Assembly: GCA_013115145.1 (NCBI GenBank)
Contig: JAAPAO010000149.1
Coordinates: 1 to 62,153 of the forward strand
Length of the DNA: 62,153 bases
DNA from: Perkinsus chesapeaki ATCC PRA-425
Lineage: Eukaryota; Protista; Perkinsozoa
Direction: 5' to 3'
Under the pieces are notes generated by a model. The model made no database searches and was not told the DNA's origin. It saw only the letters and a program-made list of their open reading frames with translations. How positions within the stretch are numbered: position 1 is the first letter of the stretch; each line of letters starts with the position of its first letter. Both the position numbers and the translations under genes were made by a program. Shown here piece by piece: positions 36,093-47,828 of this stretch.

Positions 36093-37362
36093 TTACATAT
36101 AATGTTGACGGAAAGCTTCTATAGCCTCCTTAGTATTACCGATACCATCTATCTCAGCCATATCAGATGGTGATAGTTCAAAGGTAAAGATATCTTTATT
36201 GATTCGCATCCTATCAGGATTCTCACTCTTAGGAATGTGTACTATATCATGCTGTATTAACCATCGTCCAATCACCTAACAGGATCCTTTATCCCTTATA
36301 GCACTCAACAACCTGTACCTGTGCCGTGGTGACCTTCTTATCATCAGCTATCTTAACCAAGACCGGCTGCTCAAGGAGCTCGGGTTTGCCATTGCCAAGG
36401 CCCCTCCAGGAGAGGATCGTAACTCCTTTGGATTGGAAGAACTGTATGGTATTCTTGCCTAATAAAATAGCCATAATGGGAGCGTAGTAGCTTCATTATT
36501 CAACCCTGGTAACGATGCCTTCGACGATGGTGAAATCGGTTTACGCTAAATTATGAGATTGCATACCAAGTGACTCTCCATAACGATAATAGAGATAATG
36601 AGGCGATATAATGTCTTGCCGATCGCTAAGCACTATCGGAGTCGACACGTCCTGTTAGTCTTGAAGCAATGATCAAAGTACTTACGATATAGTAATGGAT
36701 TGACTTCTATCTCATTGCATGCCGGTGGTATAGATATCCCAGACTGGACAAGTTGCTCATAATCTTCAATAGTGTAATTACTAAGACCTATTGAGTGACA
36801 TAAACCTTCTTTATATCTACAATAAGTTAAATATGATTAACTCTCATCGATAAAATATTACAGTTCCTCTAAAGCATGATAAGCCTCAACATGTTTGCCT
36901 GGTACCGGCCAATGGATCAGATAGAGATCAAGATACGATGTTCGCCTGAGGATAAAAGTTTCACTGGGCCACGAAACTCCCTTGGCATTACAGATCATGT
37001 AACGACTTCTTGCACTGGTCCTTAACAGCTTGACGGCCTTGGTAGATCTTATCCGGCCAGACTTTGCTAATAATGAAGAACTCCTGTCTGGGAATACCGC
37101 TCTCAGCAATTGCTTCACCGACAATCGATTCGTTGAGGTAAAACTGTGCGCAGTCAAATAACCTGAAAGGAATCTTTATGAGAGGATCTCCAAAGCTCAA
37201 TTACCTGTAACCTGCTGCGATAGCATCTTTGATTACAGCCTTTCCATCTCGGCCGGCAGGAACTCCTTCAAAGGCCGACTTCGGAGAGATGCCAACCTTA
37301 TAGGTCCCAAAGCCCACCATGGGGATACACTTGCCGCTGGATAACATTTTAGTGGGAGTCAT
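36093..37362 (-). CDS. Aldo-keto reductase, copy 1
   Basis: [67 protein letters not shown]. Confidence 0.93.
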
Positions 37363-38696
37363 TTTTAAACAGTCTAACTGGAGTATCTTTTCAGTTCCAT
37401 TGAACCACCTTCAACCTCCCTCCCTAGCGATTGCTCAGCAATGCTACTGAGCAGGTCCTGATGGTGTTTGGATCACCATCTGGCCTATGCTACGAGGTTC
37501 TCATTGCATGCGGAACCAAAAATCCAAAGTGTTGAGAGCCAAAGTGTCGCTCCTTTAATTCGGTTCTGTGGGAATTCTCCTGCTAGGGGTAGGTCGCGCT
37601 CGCCATAAGATTCTCAGTTGTGTCGTTGGCTAGCTTATCGGACAGTGGCTAGGGACAGACTTATTGCTCCTGAACGAGCTCACGGTTGCACCAGCCCCTT
37701 TACTTTGCGCCTTCTTCTCAACCACCGCCAAATCTCACCGACTTGTCATCTCATAAATAAGAGGTTTCAAGGGGAGTTCACTAAGCCGAGACTAGCCATT
37801 TTTCGATCAACGAGTGTACAAATTTTTGTTATTATCAGAAGTTTCGAGACTGGCGAATTCGGCCCGGGCCGGTAATATCATATTGGCTACAACTGACTGA
37901 TGCATCTCATCCGTGGCAGGGAATCATCTAGCCTCACGGAAGTGCGTTCCTCGAGACCAAAAAGATGTTCTGGTAGGCACTCTGTTTGATAGTATGTTCC
38001 TATCGCTCGGAAAAACACCGAATACATTCCTTCTGGGAAAATTCAATTTCCCTCAACGATGCCATCATCCATGGTAATTGTCGTAATGCCTAATGCCTGT
38101 TCGATCACGGGCCTCCTGGATCCCAGTATCGAAAAATCACAAACAACGGGCGCTTGACCAGGGCCCGCGGGGGAGCGCAACAGAGGGACTATGTCAGAGA
38201 AAGACCGATGGAAATAAAAAAGGTCGATAAGCGAAGAAGAACGGTTCTTGAAGAACCTAATCACGAGTGAAGTCTTGTCTGGCATCAGCGATGGTCAAGG
38301 GACAGTCTCTAGTACTGTTAAACCTGAACAGGAAACAATGAGACGGGCCGCGTTGCCAACAAGTTATCGGGGAGGAGAGAGACCATATAATCCAGTATCG
38401 CAAGCCGTAATGGCCCTAAAGTCTTAGAAATTATATGTTTCTGCACCATCTTCTGTGACATACAAATGTGGCTACCAGATATGTTACTCTATTACATACC
38501 CTCTGAACATCACTGCCAAAGTACATTCCGATAGCCCGTGTTACGGGACAAACAGAATCTTGCCGATATGTAGATTAAAAATGTAGAAACGTCGCCCTCC
38601 CAGCCCAAAGTAATGTCACTTTTTGGAGTTCAACTAATGAAGCCAAGTATATATCCAAACTTCGACTATTCTTCTCTCTGTCTATTTCCCTTATTA

Positions 38697-39969
38697 TTAC
38701 ATATAATGTTGACGGAAAGCTTCTATAGCCTCCTTAGTATTACCGATACCATCTATCTCAGCCATATCAGATGGTGATAGTTCAAAGGTAAAGATATCTT
38801 TATTGATTCGCATCCTATCAGGATTCTCACTCTTAGGAATGTGTACTATATCATGCTGTATTAACCATCGTCCAATCACCTAACAGGATCCTTTATCCCT
38901 TATGGGGATCACCGGCAACCCGTACCTGTGCCGTGGTGACCTTCTTCTCATCAGCTATCTTAACCAAGACGGGCTGCTCAAGGAGCTCGGGTTTGCCATT
39001 GCCAAGGCCCCTCCAGGAGAGGATCGTAACTCCTTTGGATTGGAAGAACTGTATGGTATTCTTGCCTAATAAAATAGTCATAATGGGAGCGTAGTAGCTT
39101 CATTATTCAACCCTGGTAACGATGCCTTCGACGATGGTGAAATCGGTTTACGCTAAATTATGAGATTGCATACCAAGTGACTCTCCTTAACGATAGTAGA
39201 CATAATGAGGTGATATAATGTTTTGCCGATCGCTAAGCACTATCGGAGTAGACACGCCCTGTTAGTCTTGAAGCAATGATCAAAGTACTTACGATATAGT
39301 AATGGATTGACTTCTATCTCATTGCATGCCGGTGGTATAGATATCCCAGACTGGACAAGTTGCTCATAATCTTCAATAGTGTAATTACTAAGACCTATTG
39401 AGTGACATAAACCTTCTTTATATCTACAATAAGTTAAATATGATTAACTCTCATCAATAAAATATTACAGTTCCTCCAAGGCATGATAAGCCTCAACATG
39501 TTTGCCTGGTACCGGCCAATGGATCAGATAGAGATCAAGATACGATGTTCGCCTGAGGATAAAAGTTTCACTGCGCCACGAAGCTCCCTTGGCATTACAG
39601 ATCATGTAACGACTTCTTGCACTGGTCCTTAACAGCTTGACGGCCTTGGTAGATCTTATCCGGCCAGACTTTGCTAATAATGAAGAACTCCTGTCTGGGA
39701 ATACCGCTCTCAGCAATTGCTTCACCGACAATCGATTCGTTGAGGTAAAACTGTGCGCAGTCAAATAACCTGAGAGGAATCTTTATGAGAGGATCTCCAA
39801 AGCTCAATTACCTGTAACCTGCTGCGATAGCATCTTTGATTACAGCCTTTCCATCTCGGCCGGCAGGAACTCCTTCAAAGGCCGACTTCGGAGAGATGCC
39901 AACCTTATAGGTCCCAAAGCCCACCATGGGGATACACTTGCCGCTGGATAACATTTTAGTAGGAGTCAT
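38697..39969 (-). CDS. Aldo-keto reductase, copy 2 (near-identical to copy 1)
   Basis: Same exons, introns and motifs as copy 1. Confidence 0.93.
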
Positions 39970-41292
39970 TTTTAAACAGTCTAACTGGAGTATCTTTTCA
40001 ATTTCATTGAACCACCTTCAACCTCCCTACCTAGCGATTGCTCAGCAATGCTACTGAGCAGGTCCCGATAGTGTTTGGATCAACATCTGGCCTATGCTAC
40101 GAAGTTCTCATTGCATGCGGAACCAAAAATCCAAAGTGTTGAGAGCCAAAGTGTCGCTCCTTTGATTCGGTTCTGTGGGAATCCTCCTGCTAGGGGTAGG
40201 TCGCGCTCGCCATAAGATTCTCAGTTGTGTCGTTGGCTAGCTTATCGGACAGTGGCTAGGGACAGACTTATTGCTCCTGAACGAGCTCACGGTTGCACCA
40301 GCCCCTTTACTTTGCGCCTTCTTCTCAACCACCGACTAAATGACTTGTCATCTCATAAATCAGAGGTTTCAAGGGGAGTTCACTAAACCGAGACTTAAGT
40401 CATTTTCCGATCAATGAGCGTAAAAATTTTTGTTATTATCAGAAGTTTCGAGACTCTTCGGCCCGGGCCGGTAATATCATATTGGCTACAACTAACTGAT
40501 GCATCTCATGCGTGGCAGGGAATCATCTAGCCTCACGAAAGTGCGTTCCTCGAGACCAAAAAGATGTTCTGGTAGACACTCTGTTTGATAGTATGTTCCT
40601 ATCGCTCGGAAAAACACCGAATACATTCCTTCTGGGAAAATTCAATTCCCCTCAACGATGCCATCATCCATGGTAATTGTCGTAATGCCTAATGCCTGTT
40701 CGATCACGGGCCTCCTGGATCCCAGTATCGAAAAATCACAAACAACGGGCGCTTGACCAGGGCCTGCGGGGGAGCGCAGCAGAGGGACTATGTCAGAGAA
40801 AGACCGATGGAAATAAAAAAGGTCGATAAGCGAAGAAGAACGGTTCTTGAAGAACCTAATCACGAGTGAAGTCTTGTCTGGCATCAGCGATGGTCAAGGG
40901 ACAGTCTCTAGTACTGTTAAACCTGAACAGGAAACAATGAGACGGGCCGCGTTGCCAACAAGCTCTCGGGGAGGAGAGAGACCATAGAATCCAGTATCGC
41001 GAGCCGTAATGGCCCTCAAGTCTTAGAAATTAAATGTTTCTGCACCATCTTCTGCGACATACAAATGTGGCTACCAGATATGTTACTCTATTACATACCC
41101 TCTCAACATCACTGCCAAAGTACATTCCGATAGCCCGTGTTACGGGACAAACAGAATCTTACCGATATGTAATTTGAGATAGAAACGTCGCCCTCCCAGC
41201 CCAAAGTAATGTCACTTTTTGGAGTTCAACTAATGAAGCCAAGTATATATCCAAACTTCGACTATCCTTCTCCCTGTCTATTTCCCATATTA

Positions 41293-42553
41293 TTACATAT
41301 AATGTTGACGGAAAGCTTCTATAGCCTCCTTAGTATTACCGATACCGTCTATCTCAGCCATATCAGATGGTGATAGTTCAAAGGTAAAGATATCTTTATT
41401 GATTCGCATCCTATCAGGATTCTCACTCTTAGGAATGTGTACTATATCATGCTGTATTAACCATCGTCCAATCACCTAACAGGATCCTTTATCCCTTATG
41501 GGGATCACCGGCAACGACCTGTACCTGTGCCGTGGTGACCTTCTTCTCATCAGCTATCTTAACCAAGACTGGCTGCTCAAGGAGCTCTGGTTTGCCGTAG
41601 CCGAGACCCCTCCAAGAAATGATCGTAACTCCTTTGGCTTGGAAGTACTGTATGGTATTCTTGCCTGAAGAATCAGTTGTAGAACTAGGTTCTGCATGCT
41701 AATACGGTATATGTATAAGACACTGCGGCTTAGAGTTCATCCCATCGACAACTACTGTATTGAGGTACGAGAAAATATAGCACAGAAACGCTATGGGGGC
41801 CGGCGAGTAAGCAGCCGAATGGTAAAGTGGATAGTTACTCTACGAATCCCGGCAACCGAGCGACAAAAGTACTTACGATATAGGAATGGATTGACTTCTA
41901 TCTCATTGCATGCCGGTGGTATAGATATCCCAGACTGGACAAGTTGCTCATAATCTTCAATAGTGTAATTACTAAGACCTATTGAGTGACATAAACCTTC
42001 TTTATATCTACAATAAGTTAAATCAGATTAACTCTCATCAATAAAATATTACAGTTCCTCTAAAGCATGATAAGCCTCAACATGTTTGCCTGGTACCGGA
42101 AAATGAATAAGGTAGAGATCGACGTATGATGTTTGTCTGGCAAGGCAAGTTTCACTGCGCCACGAAACTCCCTTGGCATTACAGGTCATGTAACGACTTC
42201 TTGCACTGGTCCTTAACAGCTTGACGGCCTTGGTAGATCTTATCCGGCCAGACTTTGCTAGTAATGAAGAACTCCTGTCTGGGAATACCGCTCTCAGCAA
42301 TTGCTTCACCGACAAGAGCTTCGTTGAGATAAAACTGTGCGCAGTCAAATAACCTGAGAGGAATCTTTACAAAAGATTCCTGTGAGCTCGATTACCTGTA
42401 ACCTGCTGCCATAGCATCTTTGATTACAGCTTTCGTATCTCGGCCCTCCGGAATTCCCTCAAAGCCCGACTGCGGCCAGATACCGACCCTGAAGGTCCCA
42501 AAGCCCACCATGGGGATACACTTGCCGCTGGATAACATTTTAGTAGCAGTCAT
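41293..42553 (-). CDS. Aldo-keto reductase, copy 3 (more diverged paralogue)
   Basis: [28 protein letters not shown]..., [10 protein letters not shown]; one long intron differs completely from copies 1 and 2. Confidence 0.9.
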
Positions 42554-43299
42554 TTCAAAAAGCCTCACTGGAGTATCTTTTCAGTTTCGTTGAACCACCT
42601 TCAACCTCACCCAGGTAATTCTTAGGAAGATTATTGTAGCCTTGGCTACAAAGATGCGCCGGCATTCGCCAATAACCCGGGTAACCTTGCACTCTCTGGC
42701 GAATTACTATTGTCAGCCGTTAGTGCGACATTCCTTTCACACTGCCATATATTATTGCGCCCTTCCCCGGAGATGTCTCTGCTGATCGGGACCAAGTTGC
42801 AACTAAGGCTAGTTTCCCGCGCAGATGACCGTCCACTCAGCACCTCCGCAAAACACCCAAAAATATAACACGGATGCATCCAACCTAAGTTCGCATCAAC
42901 TACCGTGCACATACCGTTATTTGCGCTCCACTCAACTAGTTGCCTTCCTCATTAAAAGATGCACTTGCTCTGTGCATATGCCGCTATCCAAATTGCCTAG
43001 ACGAAATTATATCGATTAGATGGGCGCGCGCTAAGTCAAAATCTGTGGTTGCGCTCATCGGTGTCGTGAGCAGTTTGAAGGGATTGTTCACTAAATCACT
43101 TTGGTTTGAAGGCTTGGTTGATACAAGTGTGGTTCTAGAGTTAGTATACCGCCGACGGAATACGTGGAGGTCACGTACTTGAGGTCGAAAATATCTTCCA
43201 TCTCTGCTGCACTCACGCGCGATGTTCATTTCGGAGCAATTCACAAACTGGATAAGGGTTTTCTGTCCGTGTAAACTGGTCAATTCCTTTGTTCATCCT

Positions 43300-44590
43300 T
43301 CATACTATCCTACAAGGGGTCTCCTTTGGACTCTCGGAGACAACAATACCGCAGTTCCAAGCTCACATTCGCCGTGGTAAAAGCACTTGTCAACTTGCGA
43401 AGGTTAGCTCATGACGGGTCCCGGGCTCGAGGAACCTTCTGGTGGCCTTAGAAAATGTCATCGTTAGCGATTTTTTACGGTATAAATGTCAGTAGATCCC
43501 ACAGTGAAGCAAGACCTAGCTAAGCATCTATTTTATATAGGCGAAGACAGCAGCCCTCTCGCCTCACTGGAATACAGGATAATGGCTGGTCGCAAGTTGA
43601 TGGATATTACACATACGTTTACTAGTCCAGCAGGGAGAGGGAAGGTACTAACAAAATGGGAGAATAATGGCCTTTATTTTTACGCTAAGGACCAGTCCAT
43701 TGGGGCCTGTGATCTTTGGGCGTGGCTCTATTATCAATTAGATATGCTTGTTCTAACGCTCTAGCTTCTTGAACCGTGTTAGTCTTATTGTTCTCCCTCT
43801 AGGGTATCATTCGAACCTTTCTCTGTCAGGGTCTGGCAGGACTGTTAGCCGTCGCGGCCTTTCAGTATGCCAAGGCCAACGGGTTCTCGGTGAAGCCTAC
43901 GTGCGCCTATATTTCACAGACCTTCCTCCCCAAACACCCTGAATTCGCACCACTGGTTCAAAATGATAGCAGTTTGTGATTTTCAAATACCAATGGATCT
44001 GCGTTGTAACTTTTGGTAGAGTTGGAGCAGTTTGTCTGTCGTTCATGCTGCCTTATGGGGACCTAGTCGGGGACTCGCTAGGCACCATCAATAAGCATTA
44101 CAGCACCTATGCGTTGCTCAAGCCTGATAGAAATAGGCGCACTGTCAATGGCTTGAAGGAGCTTATGGACCGTGGACGGTGGGAGGGGTGTCTGAGGGAC
44201 GATTAGACGGAAGTTTGGTATAGATACCGCGATGCAACAGGGCTTCTGACGGACAAGCTCAAAGGGACCAGACCGGAGTACCGGGCGGAGTAAGAAGGCC
44301 GTGGACGTCTGGGTCTGTACGGTCAAGAAAGATACTACTATTTGCGAGGGCTGTGTCGGTATAGGACAGGGGACTACCTGCAGGCCTCGGAGGACTGTGA
44401 CAGATGTACTGCTGTTGATGGTAGTAAAGGGAGTTGGCTGGGGAGTTGATGGGCGTTCAGATGTTCATTTGAAAGCATTATTTTTGAACGCGAAGTGCTT
44501 CCGTTGTATGGGTAACCTTAAGAAGACTGGAATCATGCTGTATCAGATAGCCCAGGCTGCTGATGGATCGAAAGGCTTTGAAGCTATGTA
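43300..44590 (+). CDS. One or more lineage-specific hypothetical genes (poorly resolved)
   Basis: ORFs 43486-43764 and 43976-44206 with some splice-like boundaries; no recognisable motif. Confidence 0.25.
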
Positions 44591-44753
44591 AGAGGGGAGA
44601 GGGTCTGTTGAAAAAGATATGAAAGTCTTCGAACTTTGCTTAGACCTGTTGTGTGAAGGGACAGCTAGTAGATAAATATAGAATGTATTAGTAGAGTGTT
44701 ATGGTATTTTCTGGAATCGTTTGCGGAGAGAGCGGTATGAAATTCCATCAGCC

Positions 44754-46785
44754 ATGTCTGGTTTTTTTAGTTGCCGAGACCTACCAGGCTTCTTTACAGC
44801 GTTGCTTCTCGAACAAAGCCTTCCAGAGGATATGGAGCTCATTCAGGCGGTAATGTGTTTATTACATACATGTTTATTACATATGGAGCTCATACAGCTT
44901 TCATGGCTTGCCGTTGTAGGTGCGCTCGATATTGGGGGCGATTGGTAGGAAAGTCGCCTGTCGGAAGGCCTTCACGGCAGCTAGGGGATTGGAGCTCCTC
45001 ATCACGGTAGTGCCCAGGGGTCACAGGATGACCTTTAGGGCTTTGACAGGTGTTAGAAAAGGCAGCGCTGTCGGCCTCCAGCTCCGCTCCGGGTCTGGTG
45101 TTATCGTGCTCGCAGCTTATAGCGGTGGTAAGAGCAGCGGAAGGATACATGAAGGAAGGTGCTGTTAGGTCCTGTCGGACCCGCCAGGGACGCACACGAC
45201 AGCCAGAAATCAGGGGCCTGCCAGGCTGGCCGATATCGTTCCGGTATTGCTTCTCAAACCGGCAGAGCCTGAACGAGCGGAGATGGTTGAAAGTGCCATG
45301 GTGCTTCTCGAGGGGATATGTCAATGTGAATAGAACTCATAGTGATTCGGTGGATAGCAGTTTTCAGCCGAGGAGCTCGGTGGGGACATGCGGGTTGATG
45401 AAGTAACGTTAGGATCGGTGGCGTCATTGCTGTCAATTTCCCGGCATCAGGAGAGGGCCACTGGGCTTTTGTTAAAGGTAGTAGTGGGCCGGATGGTATG
45501 GTAATATTGGTGCTAGTAGATCCATAGTGGTAAGGTGGACCAGCACAGACTGGCGCTTCATCGAGCATGGATGTGAGAGGGCAGGGCTGAGCTCTCACTG
45601 GGCAGTATCAGCGTGTTTCAGCCCACATTTGTCATGTTTTCTTCTTGGTGGATCAACGGAGATGAGCCGAAGTCAAAGAGCACCGAGGCCGACGCAGCAG
45701 AGAGCGAGAATCTTACTGAGTCTCTTGCCTGTGTCCCGAGCAAGTAAGGTCGCATCTGATGGTACTGCTTGAATCTGCTAAATACCTCTACTGATTGAAC
45801 TGTTATATCTGAGGTCATTCTCGCAGGTACCACGGGAGATATTAGGAATACGACCAATTGGCTGGACGAGTTGCCGGACACTGAGAAGGCGTTGCTGGCT
45901 CATCACGTTAACATGGTATGGTAGGCGTCGGGTTATCCTCACATAATCGCTGGCATCGAAGGATCTATTCCCTGGGCAGTATGGTCAATCTATTGACCAT
46001 ACTGATTGACTATATCTCTGCCCCTTACTGGCTGCTTTGGAAAGGGGCGGAGCTTTGGGGATCCTTTTTATGGCGACTAAGGTGCCCTATTGCCCATACT
46101 TAATCTCGCCACTTTTCAAAGTATTCGAGGCGAGTAGTAGGACCACGTTGGAGCCCACCTATTCCACCTATGCCCAGTGGGTATTGCCCACCAAGTCTCC
46201 TTTTATTAGGTTTTACCAGAGAGCTATATCGGTGACGGTGGCGGTGGGGGATACCAGCGTGCTCTCCTCAAGCTCGCAGCTGAGATTGTGTACGACTTTA
46301 CTCACACTAGCGACCCTGTAGGGGATGCTCGCATATTGGCCAAGTAAGGACCTTTCGGTTTCCGTCAGGGTGTACAGTAGTCTCTTCGATCAGGGCTATA
46401 CCACCGTCAGTGCTTGGGCCTTTTCTGCTTGAAAGAGCGACTGGTTGCCACACGAGGGCTGACCTGGCGGCACTTCTGTCACTACGGCGCTGCCTCAGCC
46501 ACGGCTGGCTTCAGCAAGCCCTTGTATCCAGCGAAGGCTCTAATGGAGTCAGCAGTCTCCTGCGAGCAGCCGAGAAGAATGAAACTTTGCGAAGTGAGTG
46601 CAGTGTGGCTGTGTCGGTATGATACAGAGATAGGTTCGCTGTTGAGGACGCTGGGCTTCTTGCTCTTGCGGGAGCCTAGTCCTGGTTGGACTGATGAAGC
46701 TGTGGATAGGGGCCAGCATGAGGAATACACCAAGAGGATCCAGAGGGAACTTAACGACGATTTTGCAGTTGTATTTGGCCAGTAA
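44754..46785 (+). CDS. Hypothetical helical (ARM/HEAT-like) protein, many exons; start uncertain
   Basis: Chain of Leu/Ala-rich GT-AG-bounded exons (VRSILGAIGRKVACRKAF...; VLEKAALS...; EIGSLLRTLGFLLL...). Confidence 0.45.
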
Positions 46786-47828
46786 GGCTGGTGTTGGAAT
46801 GCACCCATATGCTAGCGCGTAAAGAATGCTATCTGAATTTTAAGAGCAATCTGCGCGTTGACGGCGAGTTGTTCTTCAGGCAAATGGTGGCGAAGCTAGT
46901 GGCTGCTCAGCAACGGTGTCGGCATGATAACATAAGGGCAGGAGATTTCCAGGTGATTCTTGACCATTGAGAAGATTCCCTGCCACGTTGCCATCAGATG
47001 CTGATCCGAGCTCATAGGCTCACAGCCGACTCTCTGTCCTCGGCTGCGGATGGCGTAGGTTTGGTACCTAGCAGTACATGGCATCGACCTTGGTGTAGGT
47101 CAGCAAAGAGGAGGAGAGGTTCGTTGCGGCCAGGAGGAGATCGTCGGGGTCGGCCAGATGAACTTGTCAGTTACTTTGTTATAATGTCTGTTAAGCTCCC
47201 TTCCATGTTAACATGTCCCGGCTTGTGCCCTTATTACTTTATTTCCAACTGGGGTCTTTGGTTGGTCAATTATCTATCGGTATTTGTCTCCCAGTTGATT
47301 TCCTTCTTCCCACTGTATCGGTTTACTACTTCCTTCCCTTGGGCTCGACTGGCCGCAGCCACAGGAGCCTCCGCAGGCTTTGTCATGCACATCTCAGCAG
47401 ACCGTCGTGATCGTCAGTGCCTCTGCCAGACGGAGGCCACTTTCTACCACTCCAAACCGCACAAGTTCAACAGACAAGTCGGCACGCTGTCATCTCCGCG
47501 AGCTATCGTTGTGGTTCAGGCCTCCTTCATCGATCTCTCTGTTGCACGCAACACGTTCATTAGACGGAACACTAACTCCTTTTACTCCCGCTATGTGGTT
47601 CTTCGTGAACTCGGTGAGTGGAACTAGAGATTGGTCTTGAGGACTGTTCCAGCCCAAAGCAGTGGAATGCAGCCCTAGAGGATTAGGAACGTACGGTACG
47701 CTACGTACCAGACGGCATCAGATCTCTTGAAAGCGTGTTCGTTCAAGCTCTTCTTTTAATAGGAACGCAGTATCTATCGAACTCGCCACTGCAGGGATCT
47801 TACCTGCCTATCCATATCATTATACGCT

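Larger units (their letters stand above)
35966..42553. repeat. Tandem array with ~2.6-kb period (AKR-spacer-AKR-spacer-AKR)
   Basis: Homologous positions 36093/38697/41293 (offsets 2604 and 2596); the two spacers are near-identical. Confidence 0.97.

Noticed and set aside
38043-38285. 80-aa spacer ORF repeated at 40642-40884
   Set aside because: Conservation is explained by the recent duplication; no motif or splice support
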